DNA of 63,431 nucleotides, counting the filler, from Choristocarpus tenellus KU-1152 (Eukaryota > Protista > Phaeophyceae), in the NCBI GenBank assembly GCA_964200185.2. It is 11 parts of 11 records of this genome, joined end to end, with 100 filler letters (N's around TTAATTAATTAA, not from the genome) between each part and the next. Parts side by side here need not be neighbours in the genome. Positions count along the whole stretch, not along the records: positions 27,245 to 31,512 come from CAXNAD020015382.1; positions 31,613 to 36,991 come from CAXNAD020010977.1; positions 37,092 to 48,369 come from CAXNAD020002410.1; 8 more parts are not named here. The stretch is one strand, 5' to 3'. Both the position numbers and the translations under genes were made by a program. Below, piece by piece: positions 27,581 to 40,921 of the stretch (position 1 is the first letter of the stretch; the number at the start of each line of letters is the position of its first letter). Below the pieces are notes generated by a model. The model was not told the origin of the DNA. It did no database searches and saw only the letters and a program-made list of their open reading frames with translations.

Positions 27581-28701
27581 CATCGAAGTCCCTGCCCAGC
27601 ACGGTGTGCAGTACAGAGCTTGCTGCGACCTCGCGAGTGGGAACGCTGACTGAGTAAGCCGCAGGGGACTCGCGCAGCCACCCTGTCATGACCGGCGTGA
27701 ACCCAGATCCTGTCGGATAGGGCATTGGGCGAGGATGAGGAGGATATTTGACGAGTTTAGTGCCATTCGCGGTGGGGAGCTGGACACGGGACATCAACGA
27801 AATGCATAACTCGTCTTGCATTCCCTCCCGATTGTGGTGCCAGCACCCTTGTGCTCCACCTTGTTACGTACAAAGTATTGTTGATATTTTTACAGAGAGG
27901 AGCTGCAGAACATTAAGAGGAAAAATCAAGTCACATGGGTGTACGTGGTAGCCGATGCGGTTGTCACGATAGAACCAGGTGGTCGAGTCTCACACTGTGA
28001 CTCGAAAAAAACGTGGTACGACAACGGAAACTGTACCTCAACATATGAAGTTGAGGCCATGGCAGCCAAATGGTAATAAGCCACACGAACAACTTACTAT
28101 GCCTTCCCATTTCCTTCTGGTAGGGCGAACAACAACTCTTTCTTGATTATCCAAGTGGAGACCAAGAGAAGGGACACTCCAGTGTTCAATCTTGGGTGCA
28201 AATCAGTTCACTGAGCGAGGTACAAGTTACATATCTGTTGAGTATACCTCAAACCAATCCACCAATAGATGAACGAAAGAAAAGGGCGCCCAAGTACGAA
28301 AGGCGCCCCACCGCTAACCCGTGCATTTCCTTACCAACTAAGAACATAGACGGGACACCAAGTCAACAGGCGTCAAACAGGGACAATCACGTGGTTCTCA
28401 TACCGAAGGGCTGAAGACCATCAACAAAGACGAGTAGGTTTCCATCGGGTCTGTTGAACATGTCTCCTGCAGGCAGGTCCGCACCCACTTCTGCTCGGGC
28501 ATCAAGGCTCATCACCCGTGCCACTGCAGAAGCAAGAAGCTGAGGAGTGAGTCCATGACCCTGGGATCTTGACGGAGCCATCATGATGGGATCACCTCCG
28601 TCAATCACACCATGCTGCTGGAATGCCACCCGTGGGGGGAGGAGGGCAAGCGAAGACCCACATCCCAACAGTGCAAGGGCGCACAACCGAAGAGCTGACA
28701 T
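27581..28701 (-). CDS. Secretory-pathway protein, ATP6AP2/(pro)renin-receptor-like V-ATPase accessory protein, 5' portion; exons 28701-28404, 27859-27581
   Basis: Signal peptide MSALRLCALALLGCGSSLA; LASAVARVMSL...LPAGDMFNRPDGNLLVFVDGL resembles the ATP6AP2 luminal motif G-[ND]-x-F-x-R-P; phase-1 GT-AG intron. Confidence 0.55.
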
Positions 28702-29135
28702 CGGGTGACTTTACCCAAGTGCCCTCCTCGACTCGGTCCGGTCAGTAGATCACGATTTACACGAGGCACTTCTGATCAGCAAATATTTCCTCAGACTTGC
28801 AAGAAGGGGGTCTCTTTCCAGCAACGCCAACCCTGCCGAGAATGGAGGTGTAGTTGGAGGCTTCGTGCTAGTTGACAGAACGCGAAGTAAAAAGGGTGTA
28901 GAAACAAGATTGGCCCTAACCCTGATATATACATCCATCGACCATGCATCCATCCATACATCCATCCACACATCCACACATCAACTCAGCTGGGTTGTAG
29001 CCTAGGTACATCGAAGAACATGGGGACTTGAGACTACAATGGGGAGTTACCAGTGGTATTTGCTGATAATCATATCTTGGACATCAAGTCTTTGAAGTCA
29101 ATTTACAGGAGTCCCCTACTTGGAGTACCATCGAC

Positions 29136-31416
29136 ATGGATGAGGACACGTACGATGAGGAGGCCAATGTGATGCTGGGGGGAGAAGACTACCCCTTCCA
29201 TGATCCCAATGACCCCCTGGACCGTGTGATGGACGTCTACCTCGCTGATAGCCTTGAAGATAACCTGTAAGTGGCCATGTAAGAGCTGGCTTTGCCTTTC
29301 TGTTGGCTCGCTGTGGTGGATGGCATTGGAGGTGGTGGTAGATATTGGATGAAGATTCTCTCACCGTTTGATCTGGACTTCAGCTTGATTTGCACGTTCT
29401 TGTGCCGACCATAACCTTCCAAGCATGGCCCTTGTTCTTTAAAAAGGAAAAAACGCACAGTTGCTCATCCTGGTGCTGGGCTGCCTTGTAATGTTGAGGG
29501 GAGTATCCATTCAAAGTCGTTTATGCACCGACCTTTCTAGGATGAGTTTGCGTACACTGAGGAGGAAAGCCATTGAGACACTTCCGCCTGCAACACCGTT
29601 GGCACTTCCATCACTTGTGCAGTCGAAGGCCTTGTCCTGCATATCTATCCCGTTTGTTAATTCCTCCAGCACCCCCTCTCACTTACAATGCTCTTATTTC
29701 TACTACAGGTATCTACTGCAATACCCCATGCGACCAGTAGACCGACCGCAAGCTACTCCCGTCGCAGTCAAGGTGAGTTCAGAAGAGTGACTGAAGGTAG
29801 CCAGTGAATTCGAAAAGATTATAAAGTGCTCGGGTTGAATACGGTATCATAAAGCAATTCTCTCTGCGATATCATGTGTTGTACTCGTAGATACACATGA
29901 CTTGAGTGAATGAGAGGGACCGAAGATCGATAAGAGCAGAGAGTATACACACCAATGGTAAACTTCATGTACCGAGGTTTTAAGTATAGCATGTACGACT
30001 GAGGCACAACTGCAGTAAAAATGCGTCGACGTAGATTCATTCCAGGGCAAGCGCGGACTCAATCCAAGGTTTACAATGCTCAATCGGCCACTACTGCTTG
30101 TGCGATCAGCTTACCTTCCCCACGCGGTGATAGGCTGCAGGGCATATTTCGCACTCCAATGCCTATTGCATCGTTCAAGCTGTCAATCAACCCTGCTGAG
30201 AATCCAGGTTACCCCTTCATGCACGACCTTGGTCGTGTAGATGTTGACCAGTAGCTACTCGAGCCTGTTTCTTGTATTGCTGACACATAAATGGGGTGTA
30301 AACCCTCACCCCCGTCCCAACACAACCACCTACGCAGGTAAAAGTGGCAAACCAGAAGATGGAGATAGAGCACGCCATCGAACAGGATTCAACACACTTT
30401 GACGCAGATGCCCCCCCGCATCTCCTGCAAAGGACCATGACACATGTTGGCACCAGGTGCAGTTCCCCAGCCCTTGAAAGTCTTGTTGAGTAGTTGTCAT
30501 TCATACTGCGCTGTGTCGTTCACTTTTTTTCTGGCGTAGATTCTACTGGTTGACTCTAGTTGTCAAGAGTTGTCAAACTTTGGTCTCTGCGTGGTGTGTT
30601 TTCAATGGAGGATGGTGAAGGTATGTTTTTGAAGGCGTGCGTGTGTGTGTGTGTACTGTGAACATTACCCATTTAGTTCTATCTCTTCTCTTGAAGGACC
30701 TCTCTGTGAAGATTAAGAAGTGAAAGTGTTGCAGACGGTGGATACGGGCAACTTGTTTCACAATGTAATGTACCAATATGTACTATTACGTAGTATTAAC
30801 TTTTCTTTGTTAAGGCTAACAAACAAACTGAGCTGTGAGGATACAGAGACCTTCTGGAGGAGGGGGGAGGGGGGAAGGGGGCATGAAAGAGGATGCCCAA
30901 TCGTCGTGTCTGCGATTCAATCCGATCACCAAACCCATTGTTTACCTGCTTACCTCGTAGTTAAGATGTATAGTTAACTCCTTTTGTCCGGCCTTGAACA
31001 CTGCCAGCAGTGAACAATGTTGACTGCTGCTTGTCTTGATAATACTTGTAAAAATTAGGTACCTTGAGATGTAGGGTGAAGAACGAGGGCATTTTTTTTG
31101 TACCTACTGCTGAGGAGGCATTGATCGGTTGAAAAAGTGACAGTAATAAAAATGCAAATTTTTATATCGGAACCCCCTTTCCCTGCTGGCGACCCTGGGC
31201 ATTGCTGCATTTGTGCATTGAACTGGTTCTTCGCCACAGGCACGAAAACTTGATCGCACTTCCCCTTCTCTTTTCTTATGCCTTGTAATATTGGGCAGAG
31301 TGCAGGCGTCAACAAACTTTGCCTTTGGAGTTGTGAGGAATAATGAGTTTCACCTGACCCCTGTGCACTCTACTTTCCAACTGCGACCTTCCTTTCAGCA
31401 TGTGGACAATGCAAAG
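29136..31416 (+). CDS. POLR3E: RNA polymerase III subunit RPC5/Rpc37 (Sin-like N-terminal domain), 5' portion; exons 29136-29266, 29709-29772, 30338-30456, 31299-31416
   Basis: DPLDRVMDVYLADSLEDNLYLLQYPMRP...QKMEIE...FAFGVVRNNEFHLTPVHSTFQLRPSFQHVD; splice phases consistent. Confidence 0.9.
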
Positions 31417-31612
31417 GTGTCCTGGGGGGGGGGGGGGGGGGGGGGGGGGGGTGGGGGTGGGGGGGGAGGGGGTTTTTGTTTTCTTCGGGTGACAGGCCTA
31501 CCCCCTCCCTTTNNNNNNNNNNNNNNNNNNNNNNNNNNNNNNNNNNNNNNNNNNNNTTAATTAATTAANNNNNNNNNNNNNNNNNNNNNNNNNNNNNNNN
31601 NNNNNNNNNNNN

Positions 31613-31716
31613 CGAAACATTTTGGAGTAGGAAAATGTCATTAAAAAACCCATGGGAAGCCAAGATCCAAATGGACAAACAGGGCAAAAATCGTACCCTC
31701 TAAGATACTTTCACTC
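31613..31716. mobile_element. MITE-like family A, partial, reverse orientation, at contig start
   Basis: Ends TACCCTCTAAGATACTTTCACTC. Confidence 0.75.
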
Positions 31717-32278
31717 ACCAGTCCATGGTAAGGGCCGACATGAGGCCACCCTTCCTGAGGATCGTTATCAGCAACTCTCCTCTACTATGGAGGACCTATC
31801 TAAGGCAATACAAGAACTGAACCTAGACCGGGACCGTCTTTTAGTGATGAATGTTAATATAATTGGAGGTGGGGATCATCCTGCCGTCCAAGCCGCTGTG
31901 CCCAGCAAATAGCCGCTGGCTGGCTTTGTACCGCCTGAAGTAGGACCTGTTGAATCCGTTTTGGGTGAAGGTTTCTGAAATAGTGACAGTCCGGACGGAC
32001 TTGTTAAAATATTCCACACTGGACCCACGGCTTTGGTACTTTGATGAAAGGCAATGAATAGCTTGACGTAGATATGCAATTTTAATATTACAAGGGGCTT
32101 GTAGTCTCAATTCCGCTGACTGAATTGGTAGGTGAGACAAGTGCAAACTACCATGAGAGGTTTGCAATGTCCACATGGATATTCAGAAAATAATAATATC
32201 ACTGTATCATATATACGTTGTGCAGACCTAAACTAAGATATACCGAAACATATATCTGGCTCTACCTTTCCTCCATTA

Positions 32279-32680
32279 TTTGTGAATCGTGTGATTCTGT
32301 GGCGGCGTGGTTCACTCAGGCAAGGGTGGTGAAGAGAATAACCGGGCAAAACGGACCAGACGAACAAGGACGAACCGTGACCGAGGGTACGAGGTTAAGA
32401 TTGGACAGGTGCAAATCGATGATTCATGAGCATCTTCAAATAAGGGCTTCATGACTACAAGTCAAGACGTGAGATAAAGTGGATCTTCCATGTGTGACAA
32501 CTCTGAATGACGAGCTGTCCCAAGTCTGTGGGATTGGTCTCGTGAAGAGATTCCATGGTTTCACTCTGACGGAAGGTCCGCCAGTGGAATCATGGATGCT
32601 TGACAAGGAACCTCAATCGGTACAACGGTATATGGAATACGGAAATAACGGTATAATGACAGACAACCATGCTTTCCACA
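32279..32680. mobile_element. LTR-like repeat upstream of Copia gag (solo insertion or the element's own LTR)
   Basis: Homologous to 15335-15767; flanked by CATTA on both sides. Confidence 0.55.
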
Positions 32681-34298
32681 CATTACTCCATTACTCCATT
32701 GGTGGTGTTTATCTTTCCTAATCTTCTCCGCCGGTGGTGTCTATAGTGTATCAACACCACCATCTACGAACAGGACTCAGCGTTCAGAGTGATATCACCC
32801 GGAGATCAGGTTCTTCGGTGGTGTCAGGGTCTGGAATTGATCTTACTCCCTACAGGAGAAGGCAGCAATCAAAGGCCCAACCGCCCAAGTTGGTGAATAA
32901 CTCCAACTATCGTGATTGGAGAAGGCGGTTCATGATCCACGTAAGTGCACTGACTGTTTATCTGCACTGACTTCCCCAAGACCGATCAATCAGGAGCGAT
33001 CGCAGGAGGAACTACTTGCTGATGGGTTTAATGTGAATGAGATTTGGATAGCTGAGGAAACATATTATGTGCTCACCATCGCTCTTATTGCCCCTGGCAC
33101 AGAGGGTCTGTGCTGCACACACCTGAGTCCTAGCGAGCTTTTTGCGGCTGTGGACGACCGGTTTATGCTGAACATGGTGGGCAACAGCCAATATTTATTT
33201 CGGCAATTCTTCTCTTCAAAGGTGGAGAAGGGGGCAAACCCACTCCTCACTCTAACGGAGCTTGAGTTCTTATGGAGCTGGATAATGACAATGGGCCTCA
33301 TCATCTGTGACCAAATACTACTTCTTCAGTTTCTGAGTGCGCTGGGATCTGATTATGACACTAAGGTACCCATGATGGCTTTTTGGAGCTCGTTGTCTCC
33401 AGTGGACGTCAGGAAGACGATCCGTGAGAGATACGCATCAATACCGCGTCAAGGACAAGCAGCATTCCATCAAAAACCAAGAACAGTCATGCTCTCGTGG
33501 CTGGAAGTTCAACGGCTGGAAGTTCAAGACTCGAAAAAGGTCAGCCTCATCGTAACGGTCAAGGCCGTGGAGGGGGATGTATATTTCACGGAGGAAAGAA
33601 GAAGAACGATTCTAGTTCCAACCCTAAAAGTTCGGAGAAGATTCCTTGTGATAGGTGTGGCAAGAATTAACACGAGGAGGTACCTTACCCAAGCCACATT
33701 TGCACCAAGTGTGGTTGACGTGCTCATGATGCTAAAACATGTACTTCAGTGATTATACCGCAGTGGTAGCTGGGGAAGAAAAGGACGAAACCGAGGCGGA
33801 ATCTACCCACATTACTACCGTGGAAAGTATGATCAGCAGCAGCGACAATGAGTGGTACGAACACAACAGATTGCCACAGAAGACTCCCTGAGCAGCAATA
33901 CTCAAGGAAGGTGTGGGGTAAATGAGTGTCTGGTGTCAAGTGTTGTGGTTGGTACACAAAGAGAAGAGTGGATTTGTGACAAATCGGCTTCAGGTTATAG
34001 GATAAACATGAAAGCATTCATGACCAACTATACAAGTCTTGTGTAGTCAATCGAAGGATAATTACTGCCAGTCAGAACTCCTTCCACATTGCAGGTCATG
34101 GGGACTATCTTGTTTTCCTCGAGTGACAATAAGGAAGTGAAGATACTACTTCAGAATATCGCTCATGTCCTAAATCTTGGATTCAACCTCTTTTCTTACC
34201 AAGCTGCGGCAAACACGGGTGCGGGATGTATTGACAAAGCTAGTACGTTCCCACTTTTAGATGGCAAACTCGCTTTCAAGAGAATTCCTGGTTGTTAC

Positions 34299-35025
34299 TG
34301 TTGAAACCTGAATCGAATGCATTGTATATGTAAGCGAAATGGGTAGACTACGAGTGAAGAGGAATCATGGTTTTGTAAAGCACCGATGAGTAGAATACGT
34401 AGTCTGTGGCACGAGTAGACGTGATTGTGATGAAAATGATTCATGTATTTGTTCTGTTGCAATTGAAGTCATTGATCTCTCAGTCAAGAATGATGTGATG
34501 TGAATTCAATGTTATTTCATGAGATAGATACTCGACGAAAGAAGTCCATGCTCTGTGGAGAGGCTTGTTACCTTGACTGGCAAGGGTTTCCGTAGATGGT
34601 TTTAACTTTGTATGCGTTACATCCAAGTGTGCGTCAGGGGCACTATTGCAGAGTGAGCTTGAGGCGCTCAGTGGGGGCAATGACAACCAATGAAAAAATA
34701 ATAACCAACAATTAACTTGCATCTGGGGTCTTATGCTTATAAAAAAAGAACAGAGATGACAGACAACAAGAAAGAGAAAAGAAGAACAGAAGGTAACAGT
34801 GGGAATGCACTTGGAACAAGTTCCGAAGTAACTTGGATGACGTGTGCTATGATGTTCCTATGTGTGATGTGTATCAACTGAATGTCAACTGACACTATAC
34901 TTCTATATACTGTCTTCGATATGATGATGAGTTGGGATGCGCAATAAATAAATGGACAGTAACGACCAGTGCAGTGCACCAATCAACAGTCAGTACAAGC
35001 TGGTAGCTTTTGTACCATATCAACA
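34299..35025. mobile_element. Solo LTR (727 bp) nested in Copia pol
   Basis: TGTTGA...TCAACA termini; target duplication GTTAC/GTTAT; removal restores the host frame PGCYYTLHGQRI. Confidence 0.8.
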
Positions 35026-35261
35026 GTTATTACACCCTGCACGGTCAACGTATTTTGCCCCGACGGTATAAAATTGCTGAAATAGCTCTTAAAGCTAGCA
35101 TCGCCCCCTCACGCTCACACTCAAACTACTCTGCCCCCCACACTGAGGTGGACATTAACCATTTCCATCGTGCGTATGACCATGTTCATGAGGCTTCGCT
35201 CAAGTCCCCCTGCTCTTCAATGGGCATCATATTGGCGGGGGAGTTGGAGGCATGTGCTGGC

Positions 35262-35575
35262 TGTGCAATTTACCTTGGGAGGTAATGATATTTATCAGTA
35301 GTGAAGACAAGAAGGTGTGGAGCCTCACACGGTTCCCCATTGCTGAACGTGATTACATGGTTGAAATTAGAAGAGTGACCTTTGTGGGGTTTCTTCTCAT
35401 TGCTTGTTCATTATTTACTTGTGCTTCCTACCTAAGTCAACGGTTATGTCAAAGTAGTTGAATGCAGAATAATAACCAATACGTAATCCCATTCATAATC
35501 TGGATGTACTATCTCATTAGTTACGTATCTCATACACAAAATAAGGTACACCTCACTATTGTCCTTTTTTGCACC
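35262..35575. mobile_element. Solo LTR (314 bp) nested in the integrase zinc finger
   Basis: TGTGCAA...TTGCACC termini; perfect 5-bp target duplication CTGGC; a second copy begins at 36923. Confidence 0.8.
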
Positions 35576-38500
35576 CTGGCTGGCTCGATGATTGAAGGCA
35601 TACGGAAAGGGATCCCGTCCAGCATGTTTTCACAGGCAGTGAGAAAACTGGGGCGGGTTTTGCCGATCTAAGCGGCAAGAGGGCCACTCTTTCACTTGAC
35701 GGTAAGCATTACACCATGATAATTCGGGACGACTATTCTCGTTTTGTTTGGCTATATTTCCTTCGTCTTAAGTCGGATGCTGCTTAAGCCTTCAAGAAGT
35801 ACCTGGCCAATACCCGAGCTGACGGTACTCTCTCTCAGGTCATGTGCATGCGGTCTGGTAATGAGGGGGAGTTTTATGAGGGTGCTTTCAGTGCTCTTTG
35901 CCGTGAATGTGGGATTAAACAGGAGTTAACACCTGCAGATAGCCCTCAATTGCATGGGGTTGCTGAGCGCATGCTGGGTATCACTGATGAAGCTTCATTA
36001 GCTGTCCACCTTCAAGCTCCATTACTTTCCCCCCATATCACTATCTCCAAGACAGACTCTCTCTGGACTGAGGCTCAACACTATGTCTGTGACTCTCTCA
36101 ATCGCACATTGACCACGGCTAATCCTGGTTGTAAATCCCAATATGAAATGTGATATGGCACCCCTGCACTCCTGTTGACCTACCAATTTCTTCATCCTGT
36201 TTTTTGCCGTCTCAGTAAGACCCGTAAGACTTTCCAAAAGGCTCGATGGTGTTTTTATCTGGGGCCGGGGATCAATCACCCCCGTGATGCGTATCATGTT
36301 CTTACTAGGACTGGTGCCATTGTTACTATGCGTAACCTGTCCTGGCCGTTCACTGAGGACCCCAGTCTTGACCCAGTAGGAGATGTTGCCCCTGCTTTGC
36401 GAAAGGGGGGGGAGGGCTTGCTGCAGACCCTCGTTCTGAGGACAAGTTTTCCAATCCCGAAGCAGGTGGCCCACCATTAGATGTAAAGTCTATTTGTTCA
36501 TCTCGCCCCTCCACTTCATCCCTATCTGATGACTCTTCCTGTAGCGACGGAAGTGAGGACAGGTTTGTACTGGGTGAGATGTCATCCATTGGCAACAAAG
36601 GAGACGGTTTGATTAATGATCCTCTCCTTGGTGAAGGGAACGTAGGTCAAATTGTCAAGGATCTGGCTGTCGACCCTTCCCCTGGTGATGGGGAGGGAGG
36701 TCAGGTTGACACAAGTCTGTCCAGAGACACTACCCGAGACGGTGAAGGGAATGTAGGATATGTCTCATCCTTGAGTTCACATCACTTGGCTCAGGCAGGT
36801 GCTGACCCAACGGCCACCCGTACTGCAGCTCACTAGCTGGAAGACTTTCTTCCCAATCCAGTCCGTGAACCTTGCGTTGAGTTGGGTAGGACTAGACAGG
36901 AAATGCGTGCCAGAGTTGAAGGTGTGCAAATTACCTTGGGAGGTAATGATATTTGTTAGTAGTGAAGATAAGAAGGTGTGAAGCCTCACACNNNNNNNNN
37001 NNNNNNNNNNNNNNNNNNNNNNNNNNNNNNNNNNNTTAATTAATTAANNNNNNNNNNNNNNNNNNNNNNNNNNNNNNNNNNNNNNNNNNNNCGTGTAACA
37101 AACGTTTGCACTTCGTTGAAATATAAGAAGAAATACTCGCGCTATTCGCCTGTAACATTACAAAATACATCGAAATGAAATGTGTCATAGTGGCATTTTT
37201 AGTTTTGAAATATGTATGAAATTTCATTAATATCTAGACTTGCCATCACACATCAAAGTCATCGCCATGCAATAGTTGGAACAGAAACAGAGCACGGTCA
37301 AAGAAAACAATGAGGCACTATCAATACTGCCAAGTCGATTGATAAGCAGTATGGCACTTCCTCCATTTCATTCTATTATACATAACTTTGTTATGTTAAG
37401 GCACAATGCAATGGGGTACTACCGCAACACTTTGAGGAGTGTTAAGCCATAGCACTATGTTGTATCGAAACACAACGATTGAACTTTACATTTTGCATTA
37501 CGACACTACGTGTGTTGCGTTAAAATGGCAGAGCATATGCATGTTTTCGGTTGGAGTGACGGACACTACATAGTGTTATATGAGTGTTCGTTGTTGTCAG
37601 TGTTACGGTCACAATGGTGTTGAGTAGTGTTGAGTGTTACGATGTTTAAGGCGTGGAAACTTCTGGGTCCCTCTCGTGTACAAACCATGTGTAAAATCGA
37701 GCACTTCCTGTCTGTCCGTTCGTCCATTTTTTTTTGTACGTTACAAGTACAACATATCTTATCCTTGGAGGTATAGGCTTTCCCGCGTGTTCGCGCATAC
37801 TTGCTTTTAAAATAAAATTCTACCATTTTTTTTTACAGCACTGGGTCTATACACGTACCTTTAATGTCTCGAATACTTATCGTGTAAAAGCAAGTCATTT
37901 TCTATCCATCCGTCTCTGCCCCTCTCTATTTTACTATTAACCCTCTGACATTCATCCAGATATATGTTAGGGGAAAAAACAATGAAAAGTACTCACATGT
38001 ATGTCAGAAAAATCCCTAAAAATGTAGCAATTTTCCCCAAATGTGAAAAGACATAAATCAATTCACTACTTTACTACCAGCTATGTTGTACCACTGCCTT
38101 CCTGTGCCTCCAACCTAGCTTAGTCCTGCACCCCAGGATGATGAGGAGCTAGGGAAGTATCCCAAGAATGTAACAAGCCCCTCCTTGCCCATCTTTATGG
38201 TGTCTCCAGCTTAAAACGCATAACCTGTCGAGATGGTGCTACTTGCATTGTGACTGAGACTATCTAGCGTAGACGGGATTTGACTGTCCCTCTCTACATT
38301 CCATCACTGTCGTATCTGATTTGTCCACGACCTTACACGGTTGTTACAACCACGTAAAATGCCATTGTTTCACAATTACGGTTACGGTTGGGGAAAAAAT
38401 GTCGACGGTTGGACTGTATATAGCCCTACCATGGGAAATATACAACCGACCATTGTCAACCATGGAAACATTAAAAAAACGTGAAGAAACGTCAAAACTC

Positions 38501-38712
38501 TGCAATCGTACCATGGTGACCATGGGTGCTATACACCCTACCATAATCTACCGTCCAGATGATATTCTCCGAGTATACTGACCACACTGTCCAGTTAGTT
38601 TACGTAACCATGAGTTCCTTCGCACGCAAAGACCCCAGAAGTCGAGTCCAGCTCCCTCCTCTCGTCCATCACGTGCAACCCCTGAGCGGTCCAGCCCCTC
38701 CCAGAAGGGTCT

Positions 38713-38968
38713 GGGTGAAAGTATCTTAGAGGGTACGGGTTTTGACCTGTTTGTCCGTTTGGGGCTTGGCTTCCCACAGGATTTTTATGACATTTGACCT
38801 AGTCCGACATGTTTCGGAGTAGGTCAGATGTATACAATATGAAATGGTGTGTCCGGAATATGGATATTGACACTTCCTAACAAAGATGATAGCCAAAATT
38901 ACATCCAAATCGCAACATAGGAGTTTGGCCCCCAAACGGACACGGCTCTCTAAGATACTTTTACACTC
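38713..38968. mobile_element. MITE-like family A copy
   Basis: GGGTGAAAGTATCTTAGAGGGTA ... CTCTAAGATACTTT. Confidence 0.8.
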
Positions 38969-39304
38969 TTGTTTACTTCAATTAATTAATTAGTCATATG
39001 CATTATTAACATACGTGTTGCCTTAGTAGATACACAACACTATACTCGGTAATACTGTGAAATGTAATATTATTAGTAATATTATTGCCCTATGACATCC
39101 TGTAGATTTCAGATGTGTCAGGGGTCAGAGGAGGGTCAAGGCAAAGAACAAAACGAAGAACTACAAGAGCACCACATATATGATATGAATACTTATTTTG
39201 TTTTCAAGATATTTCTTAGAATCTGTACCAACTACAAAATGTAGTAATCTACAATACCACCTGCGGAAATTTCACATTACATGAACAGATGGTCACAATG
39301 CTGT

Positions 39305-39590
39305 GTTCCTAGCCTAGTCTGACAAAGGTGGTTGACAACCTAGTACAGAAGAATCTCAAGAATGTGTGAGACCCCTTCATGCCCACCAGTCTGATGTCTC
39401 TATTTTGAAACATACGACATGCCTTGAAAGAGCTACCAGTTTGATCAATACTATTTTTGTCAAACAGGTCTTGACAGTCCCTTTTTGTAATGCAATCCCC
39501 AGCCCTTCTTCCCCCTACCACATGTGTGGCCAAATCCCTGAGGAAACTCTCTGCTTGCTACGAACTCACCCAGAACTTTCCCACTTATGA
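39305..39590 (-). mobile_element. 3' end fragment of a LINE-like element
   Basis: Homologous to 44065-44320, sharing a common end (CCTAGCCTAGTCT on the + strand). Confidence 0.5.
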
Positions 39591-39597
39591 GGTGTCA

Positions 39598-39852
39598 GAG
39601 TGAAAGTATCTCAGAGTGTTCGAGTTTGCCTTGTTTGTCCATTTGAGCCTTGGCTTCCCTTGTTTTTTTTTATGACATTTACTTCAAAATGTTTTGGAGT
39701 AGGTAAAATATATCCGTTATGAGAAGGTTTGATTAGAGGTATGGATGTTGATACTTTCTATTAAACACAATGACCAAAATTACATCAAAATCACAACATT
39801 GTATTTTTGTCCCGAAATGGACGTGACTCTACCCTCTAAGGTACTTTGGCTC
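39598..39852. mobile_element. MITE-like family A copy
   Basis: GAGTGAAAGTATCTCAGAG ... TACCCTCTAAGGTACTTTGGCTC. Confidence 0.8.
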
Positions 39853-40921
39853 GACGTACATACAAGATTGTAGTAGTAGCAGTAGTATGATGAGAATAGT
39901 TTGAGATCTATCTCCTCGCTCTTTTTTATTTTTACGCTATTTTTCCTTTCTTCCAGAAGAGTCAAACCAACTGAGAGGTAGGCAGGGGTGGGCTGCGCCA
40001 GGGGGAGTATATGCTTGCCTGTACAAAATTTGATAAAAGGTAAACATACATGTGCAACTGCAAGGTCTGTGTGCAAGCTTGACCATCTAAGTGACTAACA
40101 GGGATTCGAAACTAATGAAATCATCACAGGCCAGGGTCCTGCCACACACCATAAAAAAATACATCTTTTGAGTCAACGATCCTCTCAATAATGTTTGCAC
40201 AATGGTTGAACTACAGGTAGAAGGAAAAGGGGGAGCGTATGATGATACCAGTAAAAATCCATCGCTTCATGTCTAGCAGTATCTACACAATCTTTCTTGA
40301 CTTTCTTTTCCTTTGATTTGTGTGCAGGAAGTATATACATCATCGCGGTTGGTAGTGTATTGTACATGCGAATATAACTCACTGTCCCATACTATTCTGA
40401 ATAGTGTTGATCGAAGGATCAGATTATATATACGTATCCATTTTGTGAGAATGGTTCTATGTGCAGATTTTTGAATTAGATAATGTAGCTCGCTGTGTGC
40501 ATTCAGGATGTGATTACGGCCGCCACACCCAGGCAGTCATGATAATTTTTTCGGGTCACTATAGTCGCACATCTAGAAGGATGCAGAAAAACCGCGAACT
40601 GTTGCAGTAGTGTTCTTGCCAAAGCCACAAAAGCGATTCCTACACGACTTACAAAAAGCCTTGTTCTGTTTCGCATATATACTTTTTAGTAGGTATTGGT
40701 GCACGCGAAGGGGTGGATACATGAAACTATCGGCATATTACTCCCCTCTCCTTCTACCTCTCAAGTTATTTGAATAGACCAGAAAAAGTTTTTCCCCTCA
40801 GAATGGTTCCACATGTAGATTTTTCCAGATATGGTGTACCTTGTTTTTGTGAATTTGGGGACAACTACGGACTTGGCCAGCCAGCCAATCAGTCAACATT
40901 GTGTTTTTGGTCGTTGCTATT

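Larger units (their letters stand above)
32860..36922 (+). mobile_element. Degenerate Ty1/Copia retrotransposon (gag, protease, GAG-pre-integrase, integrase)
   Basis: PPKLVNNSNYRDWRRRF gag start; CTKCG*RAHDAKTC knuckle; EEWICD and LQNIAHVLNLGFNLFS protease; FHRAYDHVHE..CAGC; integrase IRDDYSRFVW / SGNEGEF / TPADSPQLHGVAER; many stops and frameshifts. Confidence 0.9.
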
